From NCBI RefSeq assembly GCF_006345805.1, contig NC_042997.1, forward strand, positions 21,142,001-21,206,000: a stretch of 64,000 bases of DNA, written 5' to 3'. The notes below the pieces were generated by a model that worked only from the letters and a program-made list of their open reading frames with translations, ran no database searches and was not told the origin of the DNA. The position numbers and the translations under genes were made by a program. The stretch comes from Octopus sinensis. Its lineage: Eukaryota. Shown in pieces: positions 28,147-39,011 of this stretch. How positions within the stretch are numbered: the first letter of the stretch is position 1; each line of letters opens with the position of its first letter.

Positions 28147-28180
28147 TTTTACGTTTCGAGCCTACGCTCTGCTACAGAAA
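28147..28180 (-). ncRNA. Degenerate minimal hammerhead-like motif in the 3' region of the Penelope-like element
   Basis: Minus: UUU-CUGUAGCA-GAGC GUAG GCUC-GAAA-CG-UA-AAA. Stems I-III can form, but the core deviates from CUGANGA. Confidence 0.4.
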
Positions 28181-28224
28181 GGGACACAGAAAAAACAAGG
28201 AGAGAAAAAAAATGTGTGTAGTGG

Positions 28225-28267
<43 letters not shown>

Positions 28268-28390
28268 AAATGAAGAAAATGCTGACAAATAATTGAAGTA
28301 ATTTAAGTAATTTAATTAGGTGAAAGTTCTTTTTACCGGTTGCGCATTGTTATGCTTATCAAAATATAAAAGAGAGATTAGAGTCTGTCT

Positions 28391-28603
28391 CTTATATGTG
28401 AAAAAAGAGGCTCCAGAGTTGTTTTGGATTTGCTTGGTTTCGCGCCTAAAATTTTGATTGGTCATTATGAAGGGGTCACGTGAATGTTTGAATGGAAGTT
28501 GGTGTTGGGGTAAGAAAAAAGGCTCCAGAGAAGTTAAAATTTGGCTAGTGTCCCGCCTAAAATTTCTTATTGGCCATAATAAAGAGGTCACGTGAATGTT
28601 TAG
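28391..28603 (-). promoter_or_regulatory. Duplicated 112-bp module with E-box (CACGTGAC), CCAAT and GC-box-like motifs, followed by a TATA-like motif
   Basis: CACGTG at 28477 and 28589; ATTGG at 28457 and 28569; CGCGCC/CCCGCC at 28441 and 28552; CATATAAG on minus at 28398-28391. Confidence 0.5.
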
Positions 28604-29080
28604 AATTTTCGAAAATAGTGTTGTTGAAAATTCTTATTGTTCAGGCTGGTCAGTAGACGTCATGTGGATATTTTAAATAGCTTTTTAGCGCGTAGTTAGG
28701 GAGTGTATTTTCCGCTTGACTGGATAAGTAAGTTCGTTTAGAACAGGGAGAGCCGTATGTATGTATGTGTGTGCGCGCGCGCGCGTGTGTGTGTTTATAT
28801 GTATGTTGGGGCGCGCGCGCGTGTATATATGTGTATGTGTGTGGGTACAATTTTCAATATTTATAGTTCTGCTGGCCTTGTGCCTGTATCGGAAAGCAAC
28901 GTATTTGTGTGAAGTCAATATTTACAGCCATTTCCAAAAAATAGTGTTGGATGTTTTGCACCCGTATTCAATTATGTGTATGTGTGGAACCATATATTTG
29001 TGTGTGTCATGGTGTTAATATCTGGGTAAAGGTGTGTGTAGGGTGTGTGCAGGTGTAAGTGTGTTTGTTGTGGGTTCGTG

Positions 29081-29602
29081 TTAGGGGCATGTGTTTAGAA
29101 GTGGTCTGTATTTATTAATAAGGTGGGATTCCATGGTTATTCGCTGGGTATGAGTGGCATTGTCTTTAAATTTGTAGAGGGGAAAGATTCTAAAATTGGG
29201 ATGGAGTTGTGCGGCACAGGTATCAATATGTGCACTAAATGCTATTTTTCTATATTCCTGTATTTTTATTTGGGATCTGTGGACAGTCATGCGTTGGCGG
29301 AGGCTATTTTTTGTTTGGCCTATGTAGTGTTCATTACAGCCCGAGCAAGTTAAGACATATACTAGGTTTTCTGATGCGCATGTGAAGTTGTGTTTTACTG
29401 TGAAACGTTGTCCTTGTTTAAAAAGGAATTCCGGACCTTCTATTAGGTTGATGCATATACCACAGTTGGGTCTATTGCATTTGTTTACTGTGGGTTTAGT
29501 TGTTGTGGTTGGCAGTACTTTGGCATTTGTTAGGATGGTTTTCAATGATTTGGGTTGCCTTTTGCTCTTTATGATTTCGTGTGTTAGGAGGATTTGGTTC
29601 AT
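29081..29602 (-). CDS. Penelope-like element GIY-YIG endonuclease with Cys-rich linker
   Basis: CNRPNCGIC linker; NLVYVLTC..CNEHYIGQT..LRQRM..HR..E..LI. Confidence 0.93.
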   Translation of the reverse strand: MNQILLTHEIIKSKRQPKSLKTILTNAKVLPTTTTKPTVNKCNRPNCGICINLIEGPEFLFKQGQRFTVKHNFTCASENLVYVLTCSGCNEHYIGQTKNSLRQRMTVHRSQIKIQEYRKIAFSAHIDTCAAQLHPNFRIFPLYKFKDNATHTQRITMESHLINKYRPLLNTCP

Positions 29603-30580
29603 TCTATGGTCTTTTTGTAATACAGGATGTTCTGGAGGATGGTGTCAAAAGCTTCATTGTTGAGGGGGTTGTGTGTAGAGATGTATGGTAGAGTATGGGG
29701 TTTCGATGTAACAGGTTTAGGGCGTCTAAGTTCCTGCGTGCTGAGTTTTAGGGCGCGTTGGATCCCATTGTCAATTAGTGACGTGGGGTAATCCCTGCTT
29801 GTTAATGTGCCCTTGAGTTCTTGTAGACGTAAGAGACGGGTGTTTTTATTGGAGACTATAGTGCAAATTCTCTTGGCTAAGTTGTAGGGAATGTTAATTT
29901 TAACGTGTCTAGGGTGGCATGAATTGAAAGGGAGGTATTGCTTGGAGTCTGTGGGCTTGTAGTATATGTCTGTTTCTATTTTTTTGTTGTGAATTTTAAT
30001 GAGGATGTCGAGGAAGGGAATTTGTTGAGGGCTGTATTCCATTGTGAAAATAATGTTTGTGTTGAGCCCATTTATAAGAGTGTGAAATTCGTTAAGCTTC
30101 TCGACGGTTTCGGGCCAAAGGATGAAGCAGTCATCAAGATATCTCTTCCAGTTCTTCTCTATGTGTGTGTGGAGAGTGGTGCCAAATTGGTTAAGAACGT
30201 TATTATAGAGGGTGATTTCCAGGTATCCCATGACTAAGTTGGCGTAAGTGGGAGCTGTTTTCGTTCCCATTGCCGTCCCTGATTTCTGTCTGTAGAATTT
30301 GTTGTTGAAGGTGAAGAAATTATTCTCTAAGATGAATTTGAGTCCTTCTAAAATAAATTCCTTTTTGATGCGGTGTGGGAGTTCGTTGGAGTAATTATCC
30401 AGCCAGAATTGGATAGCTTCTATTCCTAGGTTGTGGGGGATGTTGGAGTAAAGATTGACTACATCGAATGTTACTAGCAGGGTTTGTTCAGCAAGAAGTG
30501 TATTGGGGAGGTGGTTGAGCATATCTAGATCGTCCCTTATGTAGCTTTTAATGTGTTTGAGGAACGGCTTGAGAAGGGTA
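29599..30580 (-). CDS. Penelope-like element reverse transcriptase (5'-truncated)
   Basis: FDVVNLYSNIP, GTAMGTKTAPTYANL, WKRYLDDCF, IPFLD, YYKPTD. Frame open upstream to ~30580. An apparent 1-nt deletion near 29625 separates RT from EN. Confidence 0.95.
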
Positions 30581-30704
30581 TATAGATATATATATATATA
30601 TATATATATAAACGTAATTTATCATTCCATAAACACACACATAACATTTAAGCACGTCCACAATCATACATGCACACACATACATAGACACACAGAAATA
30701 TAAG

Positions 30705-30735
<31 letters not shown>

Positions 30736-30794
30736 TCTTGAGTAAATATATATAGTTACTCTTGAGAAATTCTAATTGTTAATTCTTACCTGTA

Positions 30795-30877
30795 TTCACC
30801 TGATGAAAACAATTTTTCTTGCATGATGTTACACTTCTATTCAGCAATAAAACCTCGTCTGAAACAGCTGTAGTGAA
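30795..30877 (+). ncRNA. Type I hammerhead ribozyme with extended stem II
   Basis: UUCAC-CUGAUGA-[54-nt imperfect hairpin]-GAA-ACAGCUGU-A-GUGAA. 5-bp perfect stem I, palindromic stem III, GUA triplet. Confidence 0.75.
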
Positions 30878-31666
30878 CCCATCTGTTGTTATGTGTGAGT
30901 GTATGTGTGTGTGTTTGTGTCAGTGTGTCTGTGTGTCTGTGTATGTGTATAGTATGTGTGTTTGTATGCATGTATATATATATTATATATATATATATAT
31001 ATATAAATATGCAGAGAGATAAAGAAATAGACGTAGATAGGAGCAGAGATATGGATATGTGTGTGTGCATATGTGTGTGTGTAAATACACATACCAAAAG
31101 ATAAAAAGAGGGAAAGATCTATGCTCATACATCTTCACATACATACTTATATTGAGCAAGTATGTATGTAAGCTTTCCACATATTTCATTACAACTCGTA
31201 TGTTCATAACTCTCAGTGGTAACTCTCACTGCATTTCTGATGGAAAGAGAAATAGGAATATTTTAATATGAGAGAAAAAAAGTACATTGTTATTCAGAAG
31301 TACCATCCTTCATTCTTTTTTTCCACTGCGACAGATACATACGAGATACTATCTGCTCCTGAGGCATGATATAGTTGAGGTGCAAAGACTATTAATAATG
31401 CTATCCTTAGCAGTGAAGATGTGTAAGAGATCCCCCAAATTCTCCATCTGAGATTCTTAAGTGAAGAGATGCACACACTTGAGTGTATGCAACTGCAGTT
31501 AACCAATTTACAAACACTGGGAACTCTTTCAAGAAGAACTTAAAACACAAAGAAAAATCGCACACACGCTCGCGCGCACATACACACACACACGCACACA
31601 CACACACACATATATATATAAGCAATAATAAATCTCTGAGTGAGGTATAAACAGTAGCTGCACGAG

Positions 31667-31964
31667 ATCGTGAAGTATACACGGCACTTAAATGTGGCTA
31701 ACCCTTAAGGGTGGATGCTACTGTAGCTTGTAGACCCTGGAAGACACCTCCTCCAGCTGGCTATTGACAGAGTTTCTGTGCCCAATCAGTATTTGCAAAG
31801 GGTAGCCATCCTTCCCATCTCCAACCTGACGTAATACACACGGACCCGAATTTCAGAAAGTGTGTCAATAGCCAGCTGGAGGAGGTGCCTTCTGGGGCTA
31901 CAAGCTACAGTAGCATCCACCCTTAAGGGTCAGCCACATTTAAGTGGCAAATATACTTCACGAT
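31667..31964. repeat. Fold-back (inverted-repeat) element with ~100-bp arms
   Basis: 31667-31769 is a close reverse complement of 31863-31964 (e.g. cttaaatgtggct.acccttaagggtggatgctactgtagcttgtag). Confidence 0.9.
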
Positions 31965-32366
31965 ATATATATATATGTTCGAAGTCAAAGAGCCGCGTAT
32001 TTACAAACACCGGGAACTCTCAAGAAATTAAACACAAAGAATAATTATACAGACACACGGTTGCAAGCACACACACACACCACTCACATACACATCCATA
32101 CATATATACAGTACATGTATCTTCGAAGCCAAAGCTGAGACATATGTATCGTATATATACATGATGCATTTCCCTACTGTGCCTTTGTTCCAATATCTAA
32201 GTTAGCTCCTGATTACTCAAGAGTCTTGGTTAATTGTGTCCTTGATTACAAGGTACATTTGACAGATTGTTTTCAACGCCATATTGCCCATGAATTTCTC
32301 GTGCACCGTCAGACAAAATTGGGAACATATCATACACTTATGTTAAGGTGATATATGTATATGCAA

Positions 32367-32965
32367 GGCGGCGAGCTGACAGAAACGTTAGCATGCCGGG
32401 CGAAATGCGTAGCTGTATTTCGTCTGCCGTTACGTTCTGAGTTCAAATTCCGCCGAGGTCGATTTTGCCTTTCATCCTTTCGAGGTCGATTAAATAAATA
32501 CCAGTTACGCACTGCGGTCAATATAATCGACTTAATCCGTTTGTATGTCCTTGTTTGTCCTCTCTGTGTTTAGCCCCTTGTGGGTAGTAAAGAAATAGGT
32601 ATTTCGTCTGCCGTTACGTTCTGAGTTCAAATTCCGCCGAGGTCGACTTTGCCTTTCATCATTTCGGGGTCGATAAATTAAGTACCAGTTACGCACTGGG
32701 GTCGATGTAATCGACTTAATCCGTTTGTCTGTTCTTCTTTATCCCCTCTATGTTTAGCCCCTTGTGGGTAGTAAAGAAATAGGTATTTCGTCTGCCGTTA
32801 CGTTCTGAGTTCAAATTCCGCCGAGGTCGACTTTGCCTTTCATCATTTCGGGGTCGGTAAATTAAGTACCAGTTACGCACTGGGGTCGATGTAATCGACT
32901 TAATCCGTTTGTCTGTTCTTCTTTATCCCCTCTATGTTTAGCCCCTTGTGTGCAATAAAGAAACA
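32367..32965 (+). mobile_element. tRNA-SINE head plus three tandem 184-bp units, flanked by a 16-bp TSD
   Basis: Units start at 32416, 32600 and 32784; B box GAGTTCAAATTCC; TSD gatatatgtat(a/g)tgca at 32350 and 32966. Confidence 0.92.
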
Positions 32966-34200
32966 GATATATGTATGTGCATGTGGAAATGTATACATTC
33001 GGCTTTATTAATTTTATACAATTGTAATTTGAAATATTCAGTGTCTAAGAGAGTTATAAAGATAAACTGAAGGTGATATATTACCGTTTACTTTGAAAAA
33101 TGATAATAATTCGTTATAAACTGACTAGCCTCCTAAAAGCAGTAGTCTTCGTCTATGCCCTAGACGAGATATACATCATCCTTCTTTGAAAGTCAACATA
33201 ACATTTAAAATTTTCCATACATGAAAAGTTGAAGCTATATAAAATATCATTTCAAAACTATTCAATTTAAAATATATATTTTTGCTGTCGATCGTGACCA
33301 TATATTCTGTCTATAAGATAGAATACCATGTAATATATATATATTGTATTATTTCTAATGCGCAAAGATATTTTTATAAATGGGTTGAAAGCTTATTAAT
33401 TTTGAAATCCATTTAACAATGCTCAAACATTTCAAGAAGTTTACTATCTGAATTGTTGTTTCTCATTCCTGCCAAGTAGAAAGACTATTGATGTTTGGAA
33501 AGAAAAGAAAAGAAAAGAAATGGAAAGGAAGACAAAAGAACATTAAAGAAAGTAAATGAAATTCTTTTTTCCCCAGACATATGATACAATCTTAGCTTAT
33601 CTCCTCTCATCCTCAAAGTGATATTCAAGGATGTTTCAAGAAACGACACACTATTAAAGGAAGATTTAATTATGAATTTAAAAAGAAAAAGTTAGAGATA
33701 ATTGCATAGTACCCCCCCACCCATCACGAAAAACAACAACAAATAAAACGATAAAGATTCCATAGTTGAATCAAGTCAGGTGTTATGCTGAATAAATAAA
33801 TGGTAAATAAGAAAGAAAAATAAGACGTAAAAGAAAAGAAAACGTGGATTAGGAAAGTCTTATCGTGCAATCTTAATAGGAAGTATAATATGACAGAAAT
33901 TAGCACGCCAACAAGTAGACACAGAACCGCTTTGAAGAGACAGAACTAACGTTTAATGTAAAATCGATAACAAGAAAGGAAATTCATCCCAACTGGCGAT
34001 AGTTGATATCCTTCAAAGGTAAGAGTTCATTGATATTTACATACGGTGTAAATAAGCGTTGAGAATAGTACTAACTCACACTTAGACATTTAGGTGAACA
34101 TAGCAAACACGCATACAAATATGAATATATGCGCGCGCATGTATATGTGTTAGTTCATTTATGTCTGCACATGACTTAGCGTCATATATCTACAGTTATA

Positions 34201-34249
<49 letters not shown>

Positions 34250-34269
34250 GTATATATATATACATATAC

Positions 34270-34302
<33 letters not shown>

Positions 34303-34910
34303 GACCTATGTATGTGTGCATGGTATTTGCACACGTATTTATATGCGTGTAAACACTCACACATACATAAATACATACATACATACATACATACATACCT
34401 CTTGTATAATATATTCACTGGGCTGCTAAATGCAAGAAATAAAATGAAAGCAAACATCAATTCACCGCCTAACTTACAGATATTTATTGTAAACACGCTA
34501 AGCAGTCGATTACTCCATTTATCTCTCAATTCTTACGTGTTTTTCTGAAGTTGTGTTAGCCAAGTAATCGCTACTTAGTAAATATTTTTACCGTGCGTCT
34601 ATCTATTTTACGCGCCCTATATTTAAACTACAATACACCCTTCGAATTTTGAATATTTAGTCTGATTGTCTGACATGCTGTATAAAATGTGTTATGAGAA
34701 TAATTGATAGAAATGAGTATATTCCAACTAATTGTTTTCTTTTTTATTTCTTGTATTATTATTGAGTAGTAGTTCATTACAAACGGTGAGACATTGGAAA
34801 ATGTATTGCGAAACTTCTTTACTGATAATTTCGTTCTGAATTCGAAACTTACCAATGTTGACTTTGTCTTTTATACATTCAGTGGGAGATTTAATAAAAT
34901 ATTTGTTATA

Positions 34911-37479
34911 CACTGAACTGCAAAACAAGCGCGAGATGTGTGACATAATTTCATTTTGTCACAGGCAAATGTTGATAAATCTGATAAAGTCAATTTCTTG
35001 GATGCACTTTGACCACAGTCTGTGGGTTGCTGTCATGTATTCTGGTAGTGAGTGGATCCAACACATCGAGATTGTCAGGCGTGACGTGTTCAATACCGTG
35101 TATGCCCTCCCTAGGTGTTCAAAACAGCCATACACCGTCGGTACAAGGATGGATTGCATGAAGCGGTTCACAAAAGCCATTAGCACCTGCGCCCACTACC
35201 TGAGGAAAGCTGCTTCCAGATCCATACGGGTTGTCAGCTTTGGGACTACCTGGTTCAGCCGTCTCTTGATTTCATCCTACTGGTGTTCAATTGGGTTCAA
35301 ATCCGGGCTGAGAGCCGGCAACGGCGTGGTTCTGATGTTGTGCTGATGCAGGAAGTCCATGGTGACCTTGGCTGTGTGGGAGAGGGCGTTGTCCTCCTGG
35401 AACACGTGGCCATGGTGACGCGCAAAGAAAGGCACGATGTGAAGTCTTAGGATCTGATCAACATAACGCTGCGCCGTGATGCCTTTCCTTCTGCCTGCAC
35501 CAACATTTTGGGGCACACGGGGCGCATTTCTCTGATTCAGGCCTATAGCACCTCAAACCATGATGCTTTGGTCACCCAACGTGTCTCTCTCCGTGACACG
35601 TGTCTCTGTAGCGTTAACCCCTCCTACGTCACACTCTCACTCTGCCATCCGAGGCCGAAACGCAGTATCAGTTCTTGTCAAAGAAGACTATTGACCTTCA
35701 TTGTTGATGCCGCCAATGTCGATGCTTTATAGCCCACTGTAGTCGTGCCTGACGGTGGCAGGCGGTGAGGACAAGCCCGCAAGCAGAACGACGGCAACGC
35801 AGGTTGTTGGTGGCCAGTCGACGTCGTACCGTGTCTTCGCTGATGGGTCGCTGTCCAGTACTAGTGGTCTCGCGAGCTGTCACGCTGGTCGGTCTGAAGC
35901 GATCACGGTGGTGTTGCAGCTGGATGAAGTGCTCCTGCCTGGTGTCATCACCCGTGAGTGCCCTCTGCGGGCACGATCTGCAGTGCTGTTGGTGTTGTTT
36001 CGCTGTTGCAGGCGATTGATGGTGCTGACATGGACATTTTAAGCTTTCGCAACAACCAGGGCATGCTGCCCTGCTTACAATCAACAGATAGCTTGTTCTC
36101 TGTGTGCTACTGACAATAGAATTATAACTGATGCCTCCAAATAACGAAATGATTTTATTCCATCCATAAAGGCTAAATACAGAGGTGACGGTACAAAATG
36201 AAGTGGGGTTGGGGATCGAATGATAAAACATTAAAATGAGCAGTTAAAAATCTATAAAAATCTAATGCCAGCATTACCCGTCCGGCAGAGAAGAGCGAAT
36301 ACCTGCCGACATTCAACCTGTCACGCTCCCAACTTAGGTCTAAGCTGGATCCACAGTTCCAATTCACTAAAACTAGTGTATCGAGGAAGCATCAGTTTGA
36401 CGAACGGAGACCACACCCTTTCACCATCCAGCTAGAGCCAAAGATGCTTTAGCCTCAGGTGGTATCTCCTCCACCCTCATTCTGGAAGCACGTCATCCAA
36501 AGTAAGATGGTGGGAGGATTATATTATCCGAAGACAAGGAAGCCACAGAATGTTGCCTGGCCTTTTCCTCTGGGGAGAACCGCACTTCCACAGTAGTATA
36601 TTTGGCACCCCTGGCCAGGTATGTTATTTCCGGCCAGTTGAGTTCCAAGCACTTCTCGATCTCCTTATCTTTTATTTCTACCTTTATCTTTCTTAATAAA
36701 TTATTTAAAGGTTACCGTCTTCTTTTCCAATTTCTTGCGCGACTTCACTGGTGGTGGGGGGGGGGTAGTATAACCTCGTACCCCATTCTTCATCATAAAG
36801 TCCTTGTACTTTTTTTTTTAAGTCCTACACTTTATAACACTTTTTTTCTTTCTCAATCCCGGTTACCGCCGCAAAACTTTTGACATTTTTTCAAATCCAA
36901 TCCTCCACTTTTCGCCAGCTCCTCCTCCATGCTGTTCACTTATTTCATCAACTCTCCCTCCGATGTCTCCACGTCAGACGAACGTATATTTTCATAATAC
37001 ATGTCAAAATAACAACGTTTCTCCCTTCAACTAAAGAGGATAACGATAAGTCCGCCTCAAAGCAGTTAACAAGAGTGGTCAGAAAATACGCATAACAATA
37101 TATTCGGCAATATTAACAACGTGATATAACAGATAAACAGGCAATAAGCGATACTGACCGTTAATTACCAATACAAAGTTATATTGCAAATTCCTGGAAC
37201 GCGGTTCAAGTTGATTTTTATACCCATAACCTCCACGAGATGCACGTGCATTTCGGTTTTCATGACGATTGTTTGCGACTGCCTCCCACGGCATTCAAAA
37301 CAGCAGCTGCAATTTGGCGTCTCGTTTCAGGGAAAGTTGAAAGGTCACCTGCAATTTGGGTCTCTGTCATAAACCTGCGTGTCTTGGAATGGTTACACTT
37401 ACATCCCCGAAAAAAATTTTCAGAAGTTATCACATAAAAATGACATTTGAAAAAATCGCGTTTCTGTTACGGTTCAGTG
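34911..37479 (-). mobile_element. Tc1-family transposon with TIRs and a ~1.1-kb nested insertion
   Basis: TIRs (TA)CACTGAACTGCAAAACAAGCGCGA / (TA)CACTGAACCGTAACAGAAACGCGA; HTH ..VHVSTINRLQQR..SEDTVRRRL; catalytic FQEDNA.SH..SPDLNPIEH. Confidence 0.88.
36380..37030 (-). mobile_element. LINE ORF1 remnant nested in the Tc1
   Basis: DKEIEKCLELNWPEITYLARGAKYTTVEVRF..PPSYFG*RASRMRVEEIPPE. Confidence 0.6.
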
Positions 37480-37769
37480 TATTTGACTTCGGGTTAACCG
37501 ACTGTGCTGAACACCATAAAGTGTGGCTTTGAACCCAATATTAGAAGTCGCTACTAATACACACTTGATTCAGTTGTCAGACCGGTTGAGCGGTTTACGG
37601 TTTCAGCTGCAGGGTGTAACATACAAAGAACGTACAACCTTCTCACCCACGATTTTGGACGTGAATATGGATTCGAATTCCACTTTTGAAAAATATCAGA
37701 AAAAAAAACTTTAGATTTTTAAAATCAGTAAAGAGTCGGGCGAAATGTTTTGCAGTACTTAATTATGGG

Positions 37770-38030
37770 TGAAGGAGTGTGATGTAGTGGCTAGGGTATT
37801 GAGCTGACAATCGTAAAGTCGTGTGCTGGAATTCTGAAACATGGTGGTTCGTTGTGTCCCTGAGCAAAATATTTCACTTTGCGTCACTCCAATCTACTTA
37901 GCTACAAATGAGTAGCCTCAGTAACATCTGGGGGTTACGACTGAGGTCATTGGAATTTATTTCAATGAAAGGAGTCTTATACTCTTAGTCACTTATACCC
38001 CATAGGAACCGAGATAAGCCCCGGTTTTAT
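37770..38030 (+). mobile_element. Old CORE-type SINE
   Basis: Degenerate tRNA head followed by ttgtgtccctgagcaaaatatttcac (CORE-like), related to 58654-58972. Confidence 0.55.
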
Positions 38031-39011
38031 CAGCCTCTGGACTGTTGACACTTTAAAGTATTTAATCATAGCTCCTTATGTTGTATCTTCAAATTCTGCC
38101 AAGCATCAGATAAATTAAGTACCAATCGAATATCGTTTCTCGATTTAATCCCTTCCACAAGATGCGTAACCTTATGTCAGCGTTTGAAAACAGTGTTGAT
38201 ATACAAATCAGAGACTGTAGCAATAACTAAAAATTGCAATACTAAATTCGTTGCGCGCCTGTGTGTGCGGCGGAGATAATTATGTTCTTTAGTGTCCTGA
38301 ATAGAAATAACATCGAAAGCAACTTTGCCTTTTGCCTTTTGATGTTTGATAAAACAATTAACTGTATTCGTGAACTATTGATGATTTAAGAAAATATGGT
38401 AAAGAGGACCCAAGGATACTGATGAATTATAATTACACCTTTAGTGATAAGATTTACTCCCAATTGCATTTAATCTTAATCTTATTTAATCTTAATGAAA
38501 ATTGTATGATTCTCTCCCTTTCAATTTTGATCAGATTTAGTAATTTAGACAATGGTGTTTCTTTTCACTAAGAGCCAAAGCAGCAGCTCAGGTTTGTCGC
38601 CTTCAAGGGCGATTACTCATCGAGGCTGATTGAGATTAGATGAATCTTTTCTTTTCTTTTCTTTCTTTCTATTTTCTTTTTTTTTTTTTTGCTTAAGTTG
38701 ATTTATGGGTTGTGACAGTCAGTTGTCTAGGTAACTTTGAAAAGTTTCCAGGTGGTATAGCTACCCATCGTAACAATTAGATATATCCTGTTAAGAGATA
38801 CCGTATCTAGCTTAAGAAATTTCCTGTAAGACAAAGACAATGATTTTCACCCCATTGAAGTGTGGCTCGGCCTGCTAAAAATATTCTGTGTTATTGGAGG
38901 GCATGTGCGACTGTAACAGCAACAAAGATATATTAAGAAAACGATAAGTGATTTTGTAGTGGTTGGCAAATAAGATAAAGAGTTATCAATAAGATAAAAG
39001 AAAATCCTTTA

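Noticed and set aside
37050-37480. CpG-rich stretch with an ATGCACGTGCAT palindrome and a GTAAGT donor as a host promoter
   Set aside because: It lies inside the Tc1 5' end defined by the TIR at 37479.
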